From assembly GCA_963674945.2 (NCBI GenBank), contig CAXXWQ010000003.1, positions 1,632,001-1,696,000 on the forward strand: 64,000 nt of DNA. The letters are read 5' to 3'. The DNA is from an uncultured Desulfosarcina sp. (GTDB lineage: Bacteria > Desulfobacterota > Desulfobacteria > Desulfobacterales > Desulfosarcinaceae). How positions within the stretch are numbered: position 1 is the first letter of the stretch; each line of letters opens with the position of its first letter. A model generated the notes under the pieces. The model did no database searches and had not been told where the DNA came from. It saw only the letters and a list, made by a program, of their open reading frames with translations. The translations under genes were made by a program, and so were the position numbers. Positions 10,464 to 20,353 of this stretch are shown piece after piece.

Positions 10464-13082
10464 TCACAGGGGCGTACCCAGCTGAATCAAGAAGACAGGC
10501 CCCGATTCATCCAAAACGTCGGGTTGACGAATGGGCCAGGCCACTCCCATGTGAAAGGAGGAGAGGTATCCCCATGCGATTTCCATGGAAGTGACAATCT
10601 CCACGCCCGCGCCCACCAGAATATCTTCATCATCAATGGAATCATCCGCGGCACCGGCGTCAACGAATGTCCCCAGCATCATACGATGGAAAAACAGGGG
10701 CAACGTCATGTATCCGGCCTGAAAATTTACCAAGGGGAAGAAGACTTCGATCCCCGAGGTGATGGCCTGATCCGCGTCCAGAATATTTGAATCAAAGCCC
10801 CGAAGCGGAAACAGGCGCGATGGACGCTGGGTAAAATAGCCCTCCAAAACGTTGCCGCCGATTCGGTAGGTGTCGTGGCCGGGAAGGATCGGCCCCCAAC
10901 TCTTGCCCGCCTGCAGGTGCAACATGGTGAAAACAGACTCACCAAAAAACAATTGGCCGCCGCCGAAGATGGATCGTCTGTCACCGGAAAACCACTCCAG
11001 ATTCAGCCAACCGCGGTGTCGTCCGTATTCCTTGGCCACATGAAGTGCCGCCCACTGTTCCTCATCATACTGTTGATCGGCGTCTCTATCTTGATAAATG
11101 CGATAGTTAAAGGACACCTCGACCTCTTCGTACTCCCAGGGCCGCCAGAAAGACTTGATTTCATGCCGCGATTCATCGACGGATTGGCCCAGTGCCGTAC
11201 TATAGGAGAAGGGATATCGCGTATAGCGCAACCCGAATCGTTTGGCCGAGGCACCGGCCCGTATGGACCAGAATTCATCGTCGGCGGCGTACCGCACCCC
11301 GCCGTCCACGGTGTAGTCACCGGAGACATCCCGGCCGAATGTGCCAACCCCCACCTGGAGATCCGTTTCGCTGATGAACAACTCCGGTTGGAGATAATTG
11401 GGAAAGAGGCTGGAAAATGGATTGTAGCGTTCGTCGGACTGTCCATCCATTTTTTTTCTCTCTTCTTCCACCGACGGCGAATATGATTTCGCATCGGCAC
11501 CCTGGATTGTGTCCTCCGTAAAATCAGGTCCCTTTTCCGCAGTTCTTTTTGCAGGAGATAGGATCGTCGGCACCCATCCTTCTCCGGACAGACACAGAAA
11601 CTTGTCGTCCCTGGGCATGACGGCCTGGGTATCGCAACGGCTGCGGATGGTGCCGCCCGTATCCATGATCCGAAAACTTCCGTCCCGGTTTGATGCAAAC
11701 AGGATGGTGTTTTTTTCAAACCATGGGTCGATTTCCGCAGCCGGACTGTCGGTCACTCTCTGCCAGTCGCCATCGTAAAGCCAGATATCCCAGTTTCCCA
11801 TTCGATTGCCCGCCACGGCGATTCTTCCATCGGCGTCCATGACCGGCCCGGAAAGCTGGAGAATTCCTTCGGGAGCAACGATGGTGTCAAAATGGATACC
11901 GGACCAAAGATTTATGGCCTCATACTGAGTTGTCTTTTCACGGGGCAATACCGCGAGACAGGGGCGATGTCCGATCCGGGTAACGGCGACGCCGCCCGGT
12001 CCTGGATCCCAGAAGTGCTCTTCATCCATCCATACGGGTTGATCACCCCGATACCGTATCCGTTTCGATATCCCGTGCTGGTCGTATTGGGAGAGCCAGA
12101 GGCTGCCCTTTTCGTCCAAATAACCGTATCGGCCTCGGCGTCCGATTCGTTCCACGCCGGGAAAGATACCGGCCCGGTTCCAGAATAGATACGGATTGGC
12201 CCAATAGCCATGAACAGGATCTCCCGAAGAAGCTTGGCCGGGACCGGGAAGGGATTGCTGAAACTGCCGCCACAATTGGGGCCAGGTATACCCCGTGATA
12301 CGCTCGGCCTTCCAGTCGATTTCAAAGGGGATGACCCCGCCGCCGTGTTCCGAAAGAAAACCAAGGAGACCGTCCCATCCATGTCGATCCACGACCCATT
12401 GAATAAAAGGACGACCGAATATCCGATAACTATGGTGCCCCGGCCAGATTTCCGGATGATTGCTCACCGCATCCAGGTCGGCGATGGGGGTGTTTTGCAA
12501 GATGGCGTCGTAGATGGGAGTGGGTGTTGGTTGATGGTTGTATCGGGAATAGAGCAGGTGGCATACGCCGTCGGTGATCCAATCGGGCAAAATGACGTTG
12601 GGCGAGACGATTTCCCCAAATCCCTTGTGCACCAGGGCGGGAATCCCGGATCGCATGCCGTAGATTGCCTGAAGGCAAAGCCCTTTGAACAGATAATATC
12701 GCCATGGATCGGCCTCAAGCCAGCCATCCTCGAAAACACCGGGAGCCTTCAAGCCGAGACGGATCTCCCGGTGGGGAATCACGTGGACTTGGGGTCCGGG
12801 TGTGTCCAGGTTCTCATCCAGAATTACGTGAACCGGCTTCTTGACCGATAGCCCATACTCTTCGAGAAATTGGCAAATGCGCGGGGCCGCGGCGGCCAGT
12901 CGCCGGGCAATCTGCCGCTCACCCGGTGAATAGTAGATTTCACTTCCATTGCCCGTGAGTTGAAAAAGCGGCGCGGCATGAGCCGGTTCGATGCCAATCA
13001 ACACAACGAAATGAAAGGCGAAAATCAGGCAAAAGGAAAAACGGCGTTGCATCGCGGTGAAAAAGGGCAGGAACATCAGCAT
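10464..13082 (-). CDS. Omp85/BamA-TamA superfamily outer-membrane protein with peptidase-like and TolB/WD40-like N-terminal regions
   Basis: Signal peptide ending AHA-A; PD40-like repeats (GNWDIWLY, ILFASNRDG); C-terminal barrel with LRGF loop motif and FVDAG. Confidence 0.72.
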   Translation of the reverse strand: MLMFLPFFTAMQRRFSFCLIFAFHFVVLIGIEPAHAAPLFQLTGNGSEIYYSPGERQIARRLAAAAPRICQFLEEYGLSVKKPVHVILDENLDTPGPQVHVIPHREIRLGLKAPGVFEDGWLEADPWRYYLFKGLCLQAIYGMRSGIPALVHKGFGEIVSPNVILPDWITDGVCHLLYSRYNHQPTPTPIYDAILQNTPIADLDAVSNHPEIWPGHHSYRIFGRPFIQWVVDRHGWDGLLGFLSEHGGGVIPFEIDWKAERITGYTWPQLWRQFQQSLPGPGQASSGDPVHGYWANPYLFWNRAGIFPGVERIGRRGRYGYLDEKGSLWLSQYDQHGISKRIRYRGDQPVWMDEEHFWDPGPGGVAVTRIGHRPCLAVLPREKTTQYEAINLWSGIHFDTIVAPEGILQLSGPVMDADGRIAVAGNRMGNWDIWLYDGDWQRVTDSPAAEIDPWFEKNTILFASNRDGSFRIMDTGGTIRSRCDTQAVMPRDDKFLCLSGEGWVPTILSPAKRTAEKGPDFTEDTIQGADAKSYSPSVEEERKKMDGQSDERYNPFSSLFPNYLQPELFISETDLQVGVGTFGRDVSGDYTVDGGVRYAADDEFWSIRAGASAKRFGLRYTRYPFSYSTALGQSVDESRHEIKSFWRPWEYEEVEVSFNYRIYQDRDADQQYDEEQWAALHVAKEYGRHRGWLNLEWFSGDRRSIFGGGQLFFGESVFTMLHLQAGKSWGPILPGHDTYRIGGNVLEGYFTQRPSRLFPLRGFDSNILDADQAITSGIEVFFPLVNFQAGYMTLPLFFHRMMLGTFVDAGAADDSIDDEDILVGAGVEIVTSMEIAWGYLSSFHMGVAWPIRQPDVLDESGPVFLIQLGTPL

Positions 13083-13137
13083 CCGTTTCTTGAGAACATT
13101 TTTTTCAAAAAAAAATATAGCGGGACGTCCATTTCTG

Positions 13138-13410
13138 TCAATATGGCATCTTACCGTTCAGGCGATACACAAACACCAGCACCTCGGCAACGGCACGATA
13201 GAGTTCGGCAGGAATCTGAGCCTCCAGTTCCAATGCTTCGAGGACATTGACCAGGTTGGGATCCTCGACCAGAGGGACACCACTTTTCCGAGCCACCGCA
13301 ATGATTTTTTCGGCAATATGCCCCCTTCCCTTTGCCACCAGCCGGGGGGCCATATCCCTGGCTTCATCGTATCGCAGGGCGGCGGCCCGCTTCATGGGTT
13401 TGTCGCTCAT
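13138..13410 (-). CDS. Stand-alone FlhB/EscU cytoplasmic-domain protein (YlqH-like)
   Basis: AAALRYD...APRLVAKGRG...IPAELYRAVAEVL. Confidence 0.9.
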   Translation of the reverse strand: MSDKPMKRAAALRYDEARDMAPRLVAKGRGHIAEKIIAVARKSGVPLVEDPNLVNVLEALELEAQIPAELYRAVAEVLVFVYRLNGKMPY

Positions 13411-14480
13411 ACGGTCACGTCCAACTGTCGATGGTCGGTCCGTTTCAAATCCTCTCCCTCGAACGCGGCGATTTTTTTCTCACTGATGACAACGCCGACG
13501 GAAACGGTGGTAAACGTATTGGCCAATACCCCGCCGATACGCTTTTGTTCATTTTCGACGGCCCGCTTTGCCTTTTCATCCTGGACATAAAACGTGATAT
13601 TGAGGTTCCCCTCTGCCATCCACAAATCGGCACGGACAGTTCCCATTCGGTCCATCTCGAGGAGCAGGGAGATCCGGGGCTGTGTATCATGGGTCGCAGG
13701 CCGCCCCTTTTTGGCATAATAGACCTTCAACCGGGCGTCCCGGTTTTCACCGGTCAGGACCATCATGTGCGTAAACGCCTGTAACAGTTCCGGTTTGCCC
13801 GGCCTTTGGATGGCTGATTGCTGTTGCTGTTCCATATGGTCCAGCATTTTCGAGACCACCCTCTTCATGGTTTCCAGCGGTTGTTCCTTGATAGATGGCA
13901 CATTTTGATCGGATTTATCCAGAAACTGCTTCAGGATCAATAGGTTGGGTTTTACATCCGTTGCCATGAGATGGCGAATTCCAGGTTGTCTGACCAGGTC
14001 TTCCGTCTTCATGGATTCCGGTAACTGGCCGGATGACGTTTCAATTGCCTTCTCCAGCCGTTTTTCGAAATAGAGTCCGCAATTTTCAACGAGAACCTTA
14101 ATCCGCCCTGCCAATTTGGTCGTGTCGCCCTCCGGCAACAACGGATCGAGGGCCTGGCGCAGATTGTAAATTGCTGCTTTTACGTCGGGTGGAATCTCGT
14201 TGTCACCTTCATCGGCACCACCGTCGCCTGTGTCCGAAAGGCTTTTCAACTGCTTTCGCAAAACCGCCAAGTCCCTCACCTTCGGCAGTGAAACGGGAGC
14301 AGGCGGCGTTCCTGATTCTCTATTTTCAATGCCTGTGGACGCATCCTTCATGGGAGCCGATGGATCTTGCCTTTTGGCAGGAGCGGCGGGCACGATCCTT
14401 TTGCTTTTGACGGTTCCGATTTGTTTGGAAAACGAAAGTAGACGCTTGATGTCCATGGTTCCCACCGCCCAATATCTCAT
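13407..14480 (-). CDS. Flagellar hook-length control FliK-like protein; start may be 14456
   Basis: C-terminal LLLEMDRMGTVRADL...LNITF and terminal LDVTV; overlaps the flhB-like gene. Confidence 0.7.
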   Translation of the reverse strand: MRYWAVGTMDIKRLLSFSKQIGTVKSKRIVPAAPAKRQDPSAPMKDASTGIENRESGTPPAPVSLPKVRDLAVLRKQLKSLSDTGDGGADEGDNEIPPDVKAAIYNLRQALDPLLPEGDTTKLAGRIKVLVENCGLYFEKRLEKAIETSSGQLPESMKTEDLVRQPGIRHLMATDVKPNLLILKQFLDKSDQNVPSIKEQPLETMKRVVSKMLDHMEQQQQSAIQRPGKPELLQAFTHMMVLTGENRDARLKVYYAKKGRPATHDTQPRISLLLEMDRMGTVRADLWMAEGNLNITFYVQDEKAKRAVENEQKRIGGVLANTFTTVSVGVVISEKKIAAFEGEDLKRTDHRQLDVTV

Positions 14481-14727
14481 GCAGACCGGTAAAAGGGAAT
14501 GTTCCCGGTCTCCACAACAATATCGAACCGTTTTCGCAAAACGTTAAGAATCGGAACGACGAACGTTCGCGCGCAGACAAACCCTGAAGAAGCGACGTAT
14601 CCCCTGGGAATTGGCAGGCTGAAAAATGGAAATGATAAAAAAGGATGGTAATGCTTCATACAGAACAGTACATGGTAATGTTCCCGGTCTCCACGACAAT
14701 ATCGAACCGTTCGCGCAAAACGGGAAG
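14477..14727. repeat. 72-bp imperfect direct repeat (14477-14548 and 14656-14727) duplicating the Lhr 3' end
   Basis: Manual alignment gives 61/72 identical positions, including the stop codon. Confidence 0.9.
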
Positions 14728-17700
14728 ATATGGACTCTCGGGCGCGTCGATTCCGTTGATGGTCTCCACTGTGATAGAAGGGAGGGGATCGACCCGGCGG
14801 ATCAGCAGGTGGTCGAACACCTGCAGGCAGTCGGCCAAACGTTCGTGGTCCACCGGCAAATGGATCGTCACCCGTTTTCCCTTTGCCTCGGAGACCAGGG
14901 CCAGCCGGCGGCCCGCATAGACCAGATGGGAGCCCGCCAGCCGCCGGGGCACCCCCCCTTTCAACGCCTTGATGCCCAAACCGCAAACCGAGGCCGGATC
15001 CTGGGCACAGAGCCAGAAAACCGCCGTTTCGGGCAAGGTTTCTTTGATCAGCCGGAGCATTTTTCTGGAGGCGAACTGCGGGCCGGGGATATCGGTGAAA
15101 AAGCAGCCGGACACGACTTCACCGGACAACTCCATGAGCCGTAAGGATCGAAACAGGGCCGGCCATTGCAGCACGGGCTCTTCTCTGGCCAGTCGTTGAC
15201 GAAACAAGATACCGTAGCGATCCAGAAGCAGCCGGACACGGTCTTTGGCCAGTTCCTCTTTTTCCATCAACCCCTCGGGCGGCTTCACGGATGCGATGAG
15301 GCGCCAGTTCCCCGCCGACGAAAACACTGTATTCGTAGCGCCTTTGCGCCTGTAGCGACGAGACCGTATCTTCAAGGATGCGGCCGCGGGAATATGCGTT
15401 CTTTCACCTTTGTCGGCCAAGGCGCCCTTGGCCAAATGCTCTCGCAGGGCCGCCATCGTGTCGTTGGTGACGGCTCCCGCCCATACGCCGTCCCACAACC
15501 GCTTGCGAACCTCGATAGACGGCAGCGGTGGATCGCCCAGCAAGGCAACGAGGGGATATCTTCCCCGGTGGTCGGGAAACAGGCGCGCCGGCGCTTCCGA
15601 TGCTTCAACACCGCCGTTTGCCTCCCCGTCCGTATTTTCCGGATCATCATGGAACAGGTCCAGGTCCTCTTCATGACAAAAAATGAGCCGTTTGCCGGGC
15701 CTTCCCACCCACATGAGACCGGAGGTCTGCATCAATTCATCCATCCACCGGGGATCGTAGCCGGCAAGACGCGCCGGAAAGATTTCCGTCTCCCACAACG
15801 CAGCCGGCAGGGAGAGGCCCAACAGCGGCTGCAGACAATCTGCCAGCCCTTGGGATTTATCCATTGTGCCTGTCAGCCCCTGGAATCGGGCCAGGACCGG
15901 GGCCAAATCCTCGATGGGCCGGGGCGGAATGGTCGCCATCTGCCGACTTCTTGCCATGCGCAGCAGGGTTTCGAAAGTTTCGAGATGACAGATCCGCTCC
16001 TCTCCACTTCCTCGAACCAGGGAACCGGAAACGATGACGCCGGTCTCCAGAAGGTCTGACAGAAGATCAGAAAGGATGGACCGGTCCAGGGCCAAAGTCT
16101 GCCGGATGAAGTCGACCGTAACCGGGCCGTAGAACCGAAGCCATTGATCCAGCAGATCCATGGCGGTGGGAAAAGGATCCTCTTTTCCGAAAGAGGGCGC
16201 TTCCGGCAAGAAAGATACTTCCTTCTCCCCTTTCGCTTGGACCCATCGAATGTCCTTTCGCCCCGGATAAAGGGCGCGGGCGATGGCAGGGGCATTTTCG
16301 GACGCCACCACCAGAGAATGGGAGTCGCCTGTCTGTGTCGTCACCACCATATGCCACAATTTTTTCCGGATGGGCTCGGTCAGCGTCTCTTTTTCCCCGC
16401 CACTGTCGGCCACGGCACGCGTCAGGAGTATTTCCCATTCGGTTTCGGAAATGAGAAGACGCTCCTTGACCCACTCCAGAAGCTCCAAAGGGGTATCCGG
16501 CGCATAGCCCGGATGGTTGCGATGGCGTTTTTCCTCGAATTCGGCCACCCACCGGGTATCCACGGCCGGGCGAAGCTGGGGATTGGCGATCACCTGTTCC
16601 AGCAGGTCCCGGGAAAGTTCTGTTTTCACCACACCCGTCTGTCGGTCATCGGCGTACATATGATGATTGATCCATTGCCAGGAGCCGGACAGGGCCAGGG
16701 GGCTGGGCGAGCGGGAGTGGGACGCGGACCAGGTGATCTCACCGCGTTCCAGTTCCCTGAGCACCCGCGTCAGGGCCGCCATGTCGAAATCGTCCTGCAG
16801 ACAGCTGCGCCAGGCTTCCAGCAGGATGGGAAAATCGTCATAGCGTCCCACGGCGTCGAGAAGTCGTTGGGCGTTTTGCCGGGTCAGCCAAAGGGGCATG
16901 CGATGGTTGAACCGGCGGCGTGGCAAGAGCAGGGCCCGGGCCGCGCATTCCCGGAAGCGGGCACCGAAGACACCGGACCCTTCGAGACGCTGCCGGACGA
17001 GGGATTCCGCATTTTCCGGCGTTACCAGGGACATCATATCGGCCGTGTCCACCTCTCGGGAAAGCAGCAGGTACAGGGCGTCGTTGGTGGGAAAAACCGA
17101 TGGCACACCGCCGTATCGATTCTCCCAGGCCGCCGACAGGGCCAGAGCAAAGGGGCGGTTGACCCGGCCGCCCCAGAAGGTGTGCCAGATCACCTGAAAG
17201 GACCCCGCCCCCGCCTTCTCCCACGGCAGCCATTCCACCACCACATGATGGCGATGGGGCAGCGCGCATGCGGTTTTTTCGCGCTGCCGCCGCAAGAAAT
17301 TCGTCAGGAACCGGACGCTCCGTTGTTCCATGAAATACTCATGGGATAACATATCGGTGAAACCGGGATCATCCAGTCGATCGTCGGCCATCTTAAGAAA
17401 TGCGCCGATTCTTTCGGAAAGATGAAAGTCCCGGTCCACTCCTTCCGCCCGCCAGAACGGAGGTGCGGGGGTTTTGGGGGATGCCGCACTGACGATGACA
17501 TCGTTGTGGGTGATCCGATGGATTCGCCAATTCTGGGTGCCCAGGGTAAAGGTCTGGCCCCTTTTTGCCTCCCAGACGAATTCTTCGTCCAGTTCCCCGA
17601 TACGGACGCCGGAGTCTTTGTGACGCAGACCGAAATATCCGCGATCGGGGATGACACCCCCCGATGTATACAGATCGAGCAGTGCCCCTTTGCGCGCCGT

Positions 17701-19167
17701 TACCGTGTTGTCCAGCCGGTCGATGGCAATCTTGGGTTTCAGAAAGGAGATGCGTGTGGATTCGTATCGACCGGCAAGCATCTCCAGAACCAGATCATAG
17801 ACACGGCGATCCAACGTACGAAAGGGATAGCTGGCGCGAACGCTGTGAAATAGCAGATCCCGATCCCACGAGGAAACGCCCGTCATGGAGACCAGCACCT
17901 GTGCCAGCACGTCCACGGGACACTGGACGGGCCGTATCGGCTCGATGTTTCTCTCCATGACCATTCGGGCCAGGACGGCGGCATTGACACAGTCGACGCC
18001 GTGGGTGGGCACGATGGTCGCCGTGCTGGCCTGGTGCACGCCATGTCCGGATCGGCCGATGCGCTGCAGTGCCGCACCGGCCGAAGGGGGGGACTGGACC
18101 AGCATCACATGATCCAAAACGCCGATATCGATGCCCAACTCCAGGGATGAGGTCGCCACGATCGCCTTGAGTTCGCCCTGTTTCAGCCGCCGCTCCACTT
18201 CCAGCCGAAGCTCTTTGGACAAGGAACCGTGATGGGCATAGGCAATGGGCACAGGCCCATCGGCATTGATGAGAAAGGTCAATTTTTCGCACAACCGACG
18301 GGAATTGACAAAAATGAGGATGGATCGATATTGCCGGATTCGGCGTTTTATCTTCCGGGTCACCGCCTTCCAGATTCCGTCGGAATCCGCCGAATCGTCG
18401 CCCTCTTCGGCAGCCTCCACCGTTAGGACAGTGGACCGCTGCCGATCCGAGCAAAGGACCGACACATGGCGCGGAATGAAGTCGGGATCTGCCGGATCAC
18501 CTGCGATGGAGAATCCGCCGACGAACCGGGCCACAACATCCATGGGGTTTACCGTGGCGGACAACGCGATGCGCTGAAACTCGCCGCACAGGAGAACGAG
18601 CCGGTCCACGGCGGACATGAGCAGCGTTCCCCGTTTTCCGCCTGCGACGGCGTGAATTTCGTCCAGGATCACCGTCTCGATCCGGCCCAGCACGGATCGT
18701 CCCCCATGGGAGGAGAGCATCAGATGGAGGCTTTCCGGCGTGGTGATCAGGATCTCCGGCGGTCTTCGGATCATCTGCCGGCGGCGGTGGGAGGGGGTAT
18801 CGCCGCTTCGTGTGGCCACCCGGATCCCGGGAAAGGATTCATGGTTTTGATCGAACAGGCGGCGAATCTGTGCCAAGGGTGTCAGAAGGTTCTTTTTTAC
18901 ATCGTTGTTCAGGGCCTTTAAGGGAGAGACATAGAGGATCCGGGTCTCCTCGATTTTTCCGCCACGTTGGATCAGGCGATCCAGTGCCCATAAAAAGGCC
19001 GCCAGGGTCTTGCCGCTTCCCGTTGGTGCCGTGATAAGCACATGATCACCCCGGGAAATGTGCTGCCATGCCCGGGTTTGGATATCGGTCGGATCTCCGA
19101 TCCGGCTCTCGAACCAGCGAAGAACGATCGGATGAAAGGGTATCGTGGGAGTAGTCTGGGCAGCCAT
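14656..19167 (-). CDS. lhr: Lhr-family large ATP-dependent SF2 helicase (long form)
   Basis: APTGSGKT, YVSPLKAL, DEIH, LSAT, HHGSL, SLELGID, QRIGRSGH, GELDEEFV; C-terminal LLDRYG/AQDPA winged-helix region. Confidence 0.9.
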   Translation of the reverse strand: MAAQTTPTIPFHPIVLRWFESRIGDPTDIQTRAWQHISRGDHVLITAPTGSGKTLAAFLWALDRLIQRGGKIEETRILYVSPLKALNNDVKKNLLTPLAQIRRLFDQNHESFPGIRVATRSGDTPSHRRRQMIRRPPEILITTPESLHLMLSSHGGRSVLGRIETVILDEIHAVAGGKRGTLLMSAVDRLVLLCGEFQRIALSATVNPMDVVARFVGGFSIAGDPADPDFIPRHVSVLCSDRQRSTVLTVEAAEEGDDSADSDGIWKAVTRKIKRRIRQYRSILIFVNSRRLCEKLTFLINADGPVPIAYAHHGSLSKELRLEVERRLKQGELKAIVATSSLELGIDIGVLDHVMLVQSPPSAGAALQRIGRSGHGVHQASTATIVPTHGVDCVNAAVLARMVMERNIEPIRPVQCPVDVLAQVLVSMTGVSSWDRDLLFHSVRASYPFRTLDRRVYDLVLEMLAGRYESTRISFLKPKIAIDRLDNTVTARKGALLDLYTSGGVIPDRGYFGLRHKDSGVRIGELDEEFVWEAKRGQTFTLGTQNWRIHRITHNDVIVSAASPKTPAPPFWRAEGVDRDFHLSERIGAFLKMADDRLDDPGFTDMLSHEYFMEQRSVRFLTNFLRRQREKTACALPHRHHVVVEWLPWEKAGAGSFQVIWHTFWGGRVNRPFALALSAAWENRYGGVPSVFPTNDALYLLLSREVDTADMMSLVTPENAESLVRQRLEGSGVFGARFRECAARALLLPRRRFNHRMPLWLTRQNAQRLLDAVGRYDDFPILLEAWRSCLQDDFDMAALTRVLRELERGEITWSASHSRSPSPLALSGSWQWINHHMYADDRQTGVVKTELSRDLLEQVIANPQLRPAVDTRWVAEFEEKRHRNHPGYAPDTPLELLEWVKERLLISETEWEILLTRAVADSGGEKETLTEPIRKKLWHMVVTTQTGDSHSLVVASENAPAIARALYPGRKDIRWVQAKGEKEVSFLPEAPSFGKEDPFPTAMDLLDQWLRFYGPVTVDFIRQTLALDRSILSDLLSDLLETGVIVSGSLVRGSGEERICHLETFETLLRMARSRQMATIPPRPIEDLAPVLARFQGLTGTMDKSQGLADCLQPLLGLSLPAALWETEIFPARLAGYDPRWMDELMQTSGLMWVGRPGKRLIFCHEEDLDLFHDDPENTDGEANGGVEASEAPARLFPDHRGRYPLVALLGDPPLPSIEVRKRLWDGVWAGAVTNDTMAALREHLAKGALADKGERTHIPAAASLKIRSRRYRRKGATNTVFSSAGNWRLIASVKPPEGLMEKEELAKDRVRLLLDRYGILFRQRLAREEPVLQWPALFRSLRLMELSGEVVSGCFFTDIPGPQFASRKMLRLIKETLPETAVFWLCAQDPASVCGLGIKALKGGVPRRLAGSHLVYAGRRLALVSEAKGKRVTIHLPVDHERLADCLQVFDHLLIRRVDPLPSITVETINGIDAPESPYLPVLRERFDIVVETGNITMYCSV

Positions 19168-19354
19168 TTTTTATTTGTATCACGAATCGGCTGTGATTCG
19201 GAAACCGGTCCGAATATTTTTCTGCTTTTTTCCTGTGACAACCCAAAGATCGGTTTTTCCGAAATTGCCCGTCATCTCAGATTGTGTTACAAAAAACCAG
19301 TTTTTCTTTTGGTGAAACGTAATTTCATCGACAACCCCGCAAAAAAAGAGCATC

Positions 19355-19654
19355 ATGGTTTCCGGTCTACAAGAAATTCTGATGATTCTGCTCATCCTGC
19401 TATGGCTATTTTTTCTTCCCCGCATGATGAACAACCGCAAGACGCCGCCCAAGGTCGTATTTCGGAAAAAACCGTTGAGACTCTCGTGGATGCATCGACT
19501 CGCCATCGTTCTCTCCGTCTTGTGGCCGCTTGCCTGCACAGCCTATTTGAGGCCGTGGCAAGGCGATGCAGTTGCCTTTACCGTGGTGGCCCTGGGTCCG
19601 GTTATCGTGGGGTGGTGCATTTATTGGGTCATGGTTGGAAAGGACAAAAAATGA
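19355..19654 (+). CDS. Small hypothetical membrane protein
   Basis: Three hydrophobic segments; N-terminus SGLQEILMIL; ATGA overlap with the next gene. Confidence 0.7.
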   Translation: MVSGLQEILMILLILLWLFFLPRMMNNRKTPPKVVFRKKPLRLSWMHRLAIVLSVLWPLACTAYLRPWQGDAVAFTVVALGPVIVGWCIYWVMVGKDKK

Positions 19655-20085
19655 CACACGAAGACGCCGGCCATTACGCGGCCAAACATCCGGATGGCAC
19701 CGTGGATCCAAAAATCGCCGAACAGATCGGAAAGAGGGAAAAAGAGGGGCGGGTGAGTTGTACGGCGGCCCATGAGATCGCCCGGCAATTGGGCTGTCCG
19801 CCAAAGCAGGTTGGAATGAATATCGATCTGTTGGAAAAACGCATCAGCCGATGCCAACTGGGCCTGTTCGGATATGGTCAGGCAACGGCAAAGGCAGTGA
19901 AACCCGCATCGGCGGTGAGCCAGGACCTTGCAGCGGCCATCGAGGCGGAAGCGGTCGACGAACGGATCAGTTGTTTTTCGGTATGGAAATTGGCCGACCG
20001 GATGAACATGACGCGACTGGATGTGGCATGCGCATGCGAGTCCATGGGGATTAAGATCAAACAGTGCCAACTTGGCGCCTTCTAA
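19651..20085 (+). CDS. Hypothetical protein made of two tandem Cys-containing HTH-like repeats
   Basis: ATG 19651 (MTHEDAGHY...); repeats SC...A...I..CQLGLF and SC...A...I..CQLGAF. Confidence 0.8.
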   Translation: MTHEDAGHYAAKHPDGTVDPKIAEQIGKREKEGRVSCTAAHEIARQLGCPPKQVGMNIDLLEKRISRCQLGLFGYGQATAKAVKPASAVSQDLAAAIEAEAVDERISCFSVWKLADRMNMTRLDVACACESMGIKIKQCQLGAF

Positions 20086-20086
20086 C

Positions 20087-20232
20087 GAGCGCACATCCAG
20101 AAATGGCCGATTTGCCCAATATCGGCGTTGCGCGAAAAATTTTATCCTCGGAATATCAACCCATATACCTCCGGTACAATTTTTTGCGCGCCTTGATCTT
20201 GACCAAATCTTCCTATTTCTGGATGCACACTC
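20087..20232. repeat. Palindromic repeat family 2 (MITE/REP-like), copy A
   Basis: Outer imperfect IR GAGCGCACATCCAGAAAT / ATTTCTGGATGCACACTC; inner IR GCGCGAAAAATT / AATTTTTTGCGCGC. Confidence 0.75.
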
Positions 20233-20353
20233 ACCAACTATCCAAGATATATGATCCGGGCGCTTCGTCAATCTCGGTGCGTCATCGCATTTACGGACAG
20301 GATCACTTGGCCTGAACCGAAACCTACCATTTGTAGAGTGCTGTCATCCAAAT

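Noticed and set aside
14477..14727. Diversity-generating retroelement VR/TR pair
   Set aside because: Mismatches are not confined to adenines of one copy, and there is no reverse transcriptase in the window.
19042..19650. N-terminal 203 aa of the 347-aa track ORF
   Set aside because: Overlaps the lhr start and the membrane-protein gene; the credible start is ATG 19651.
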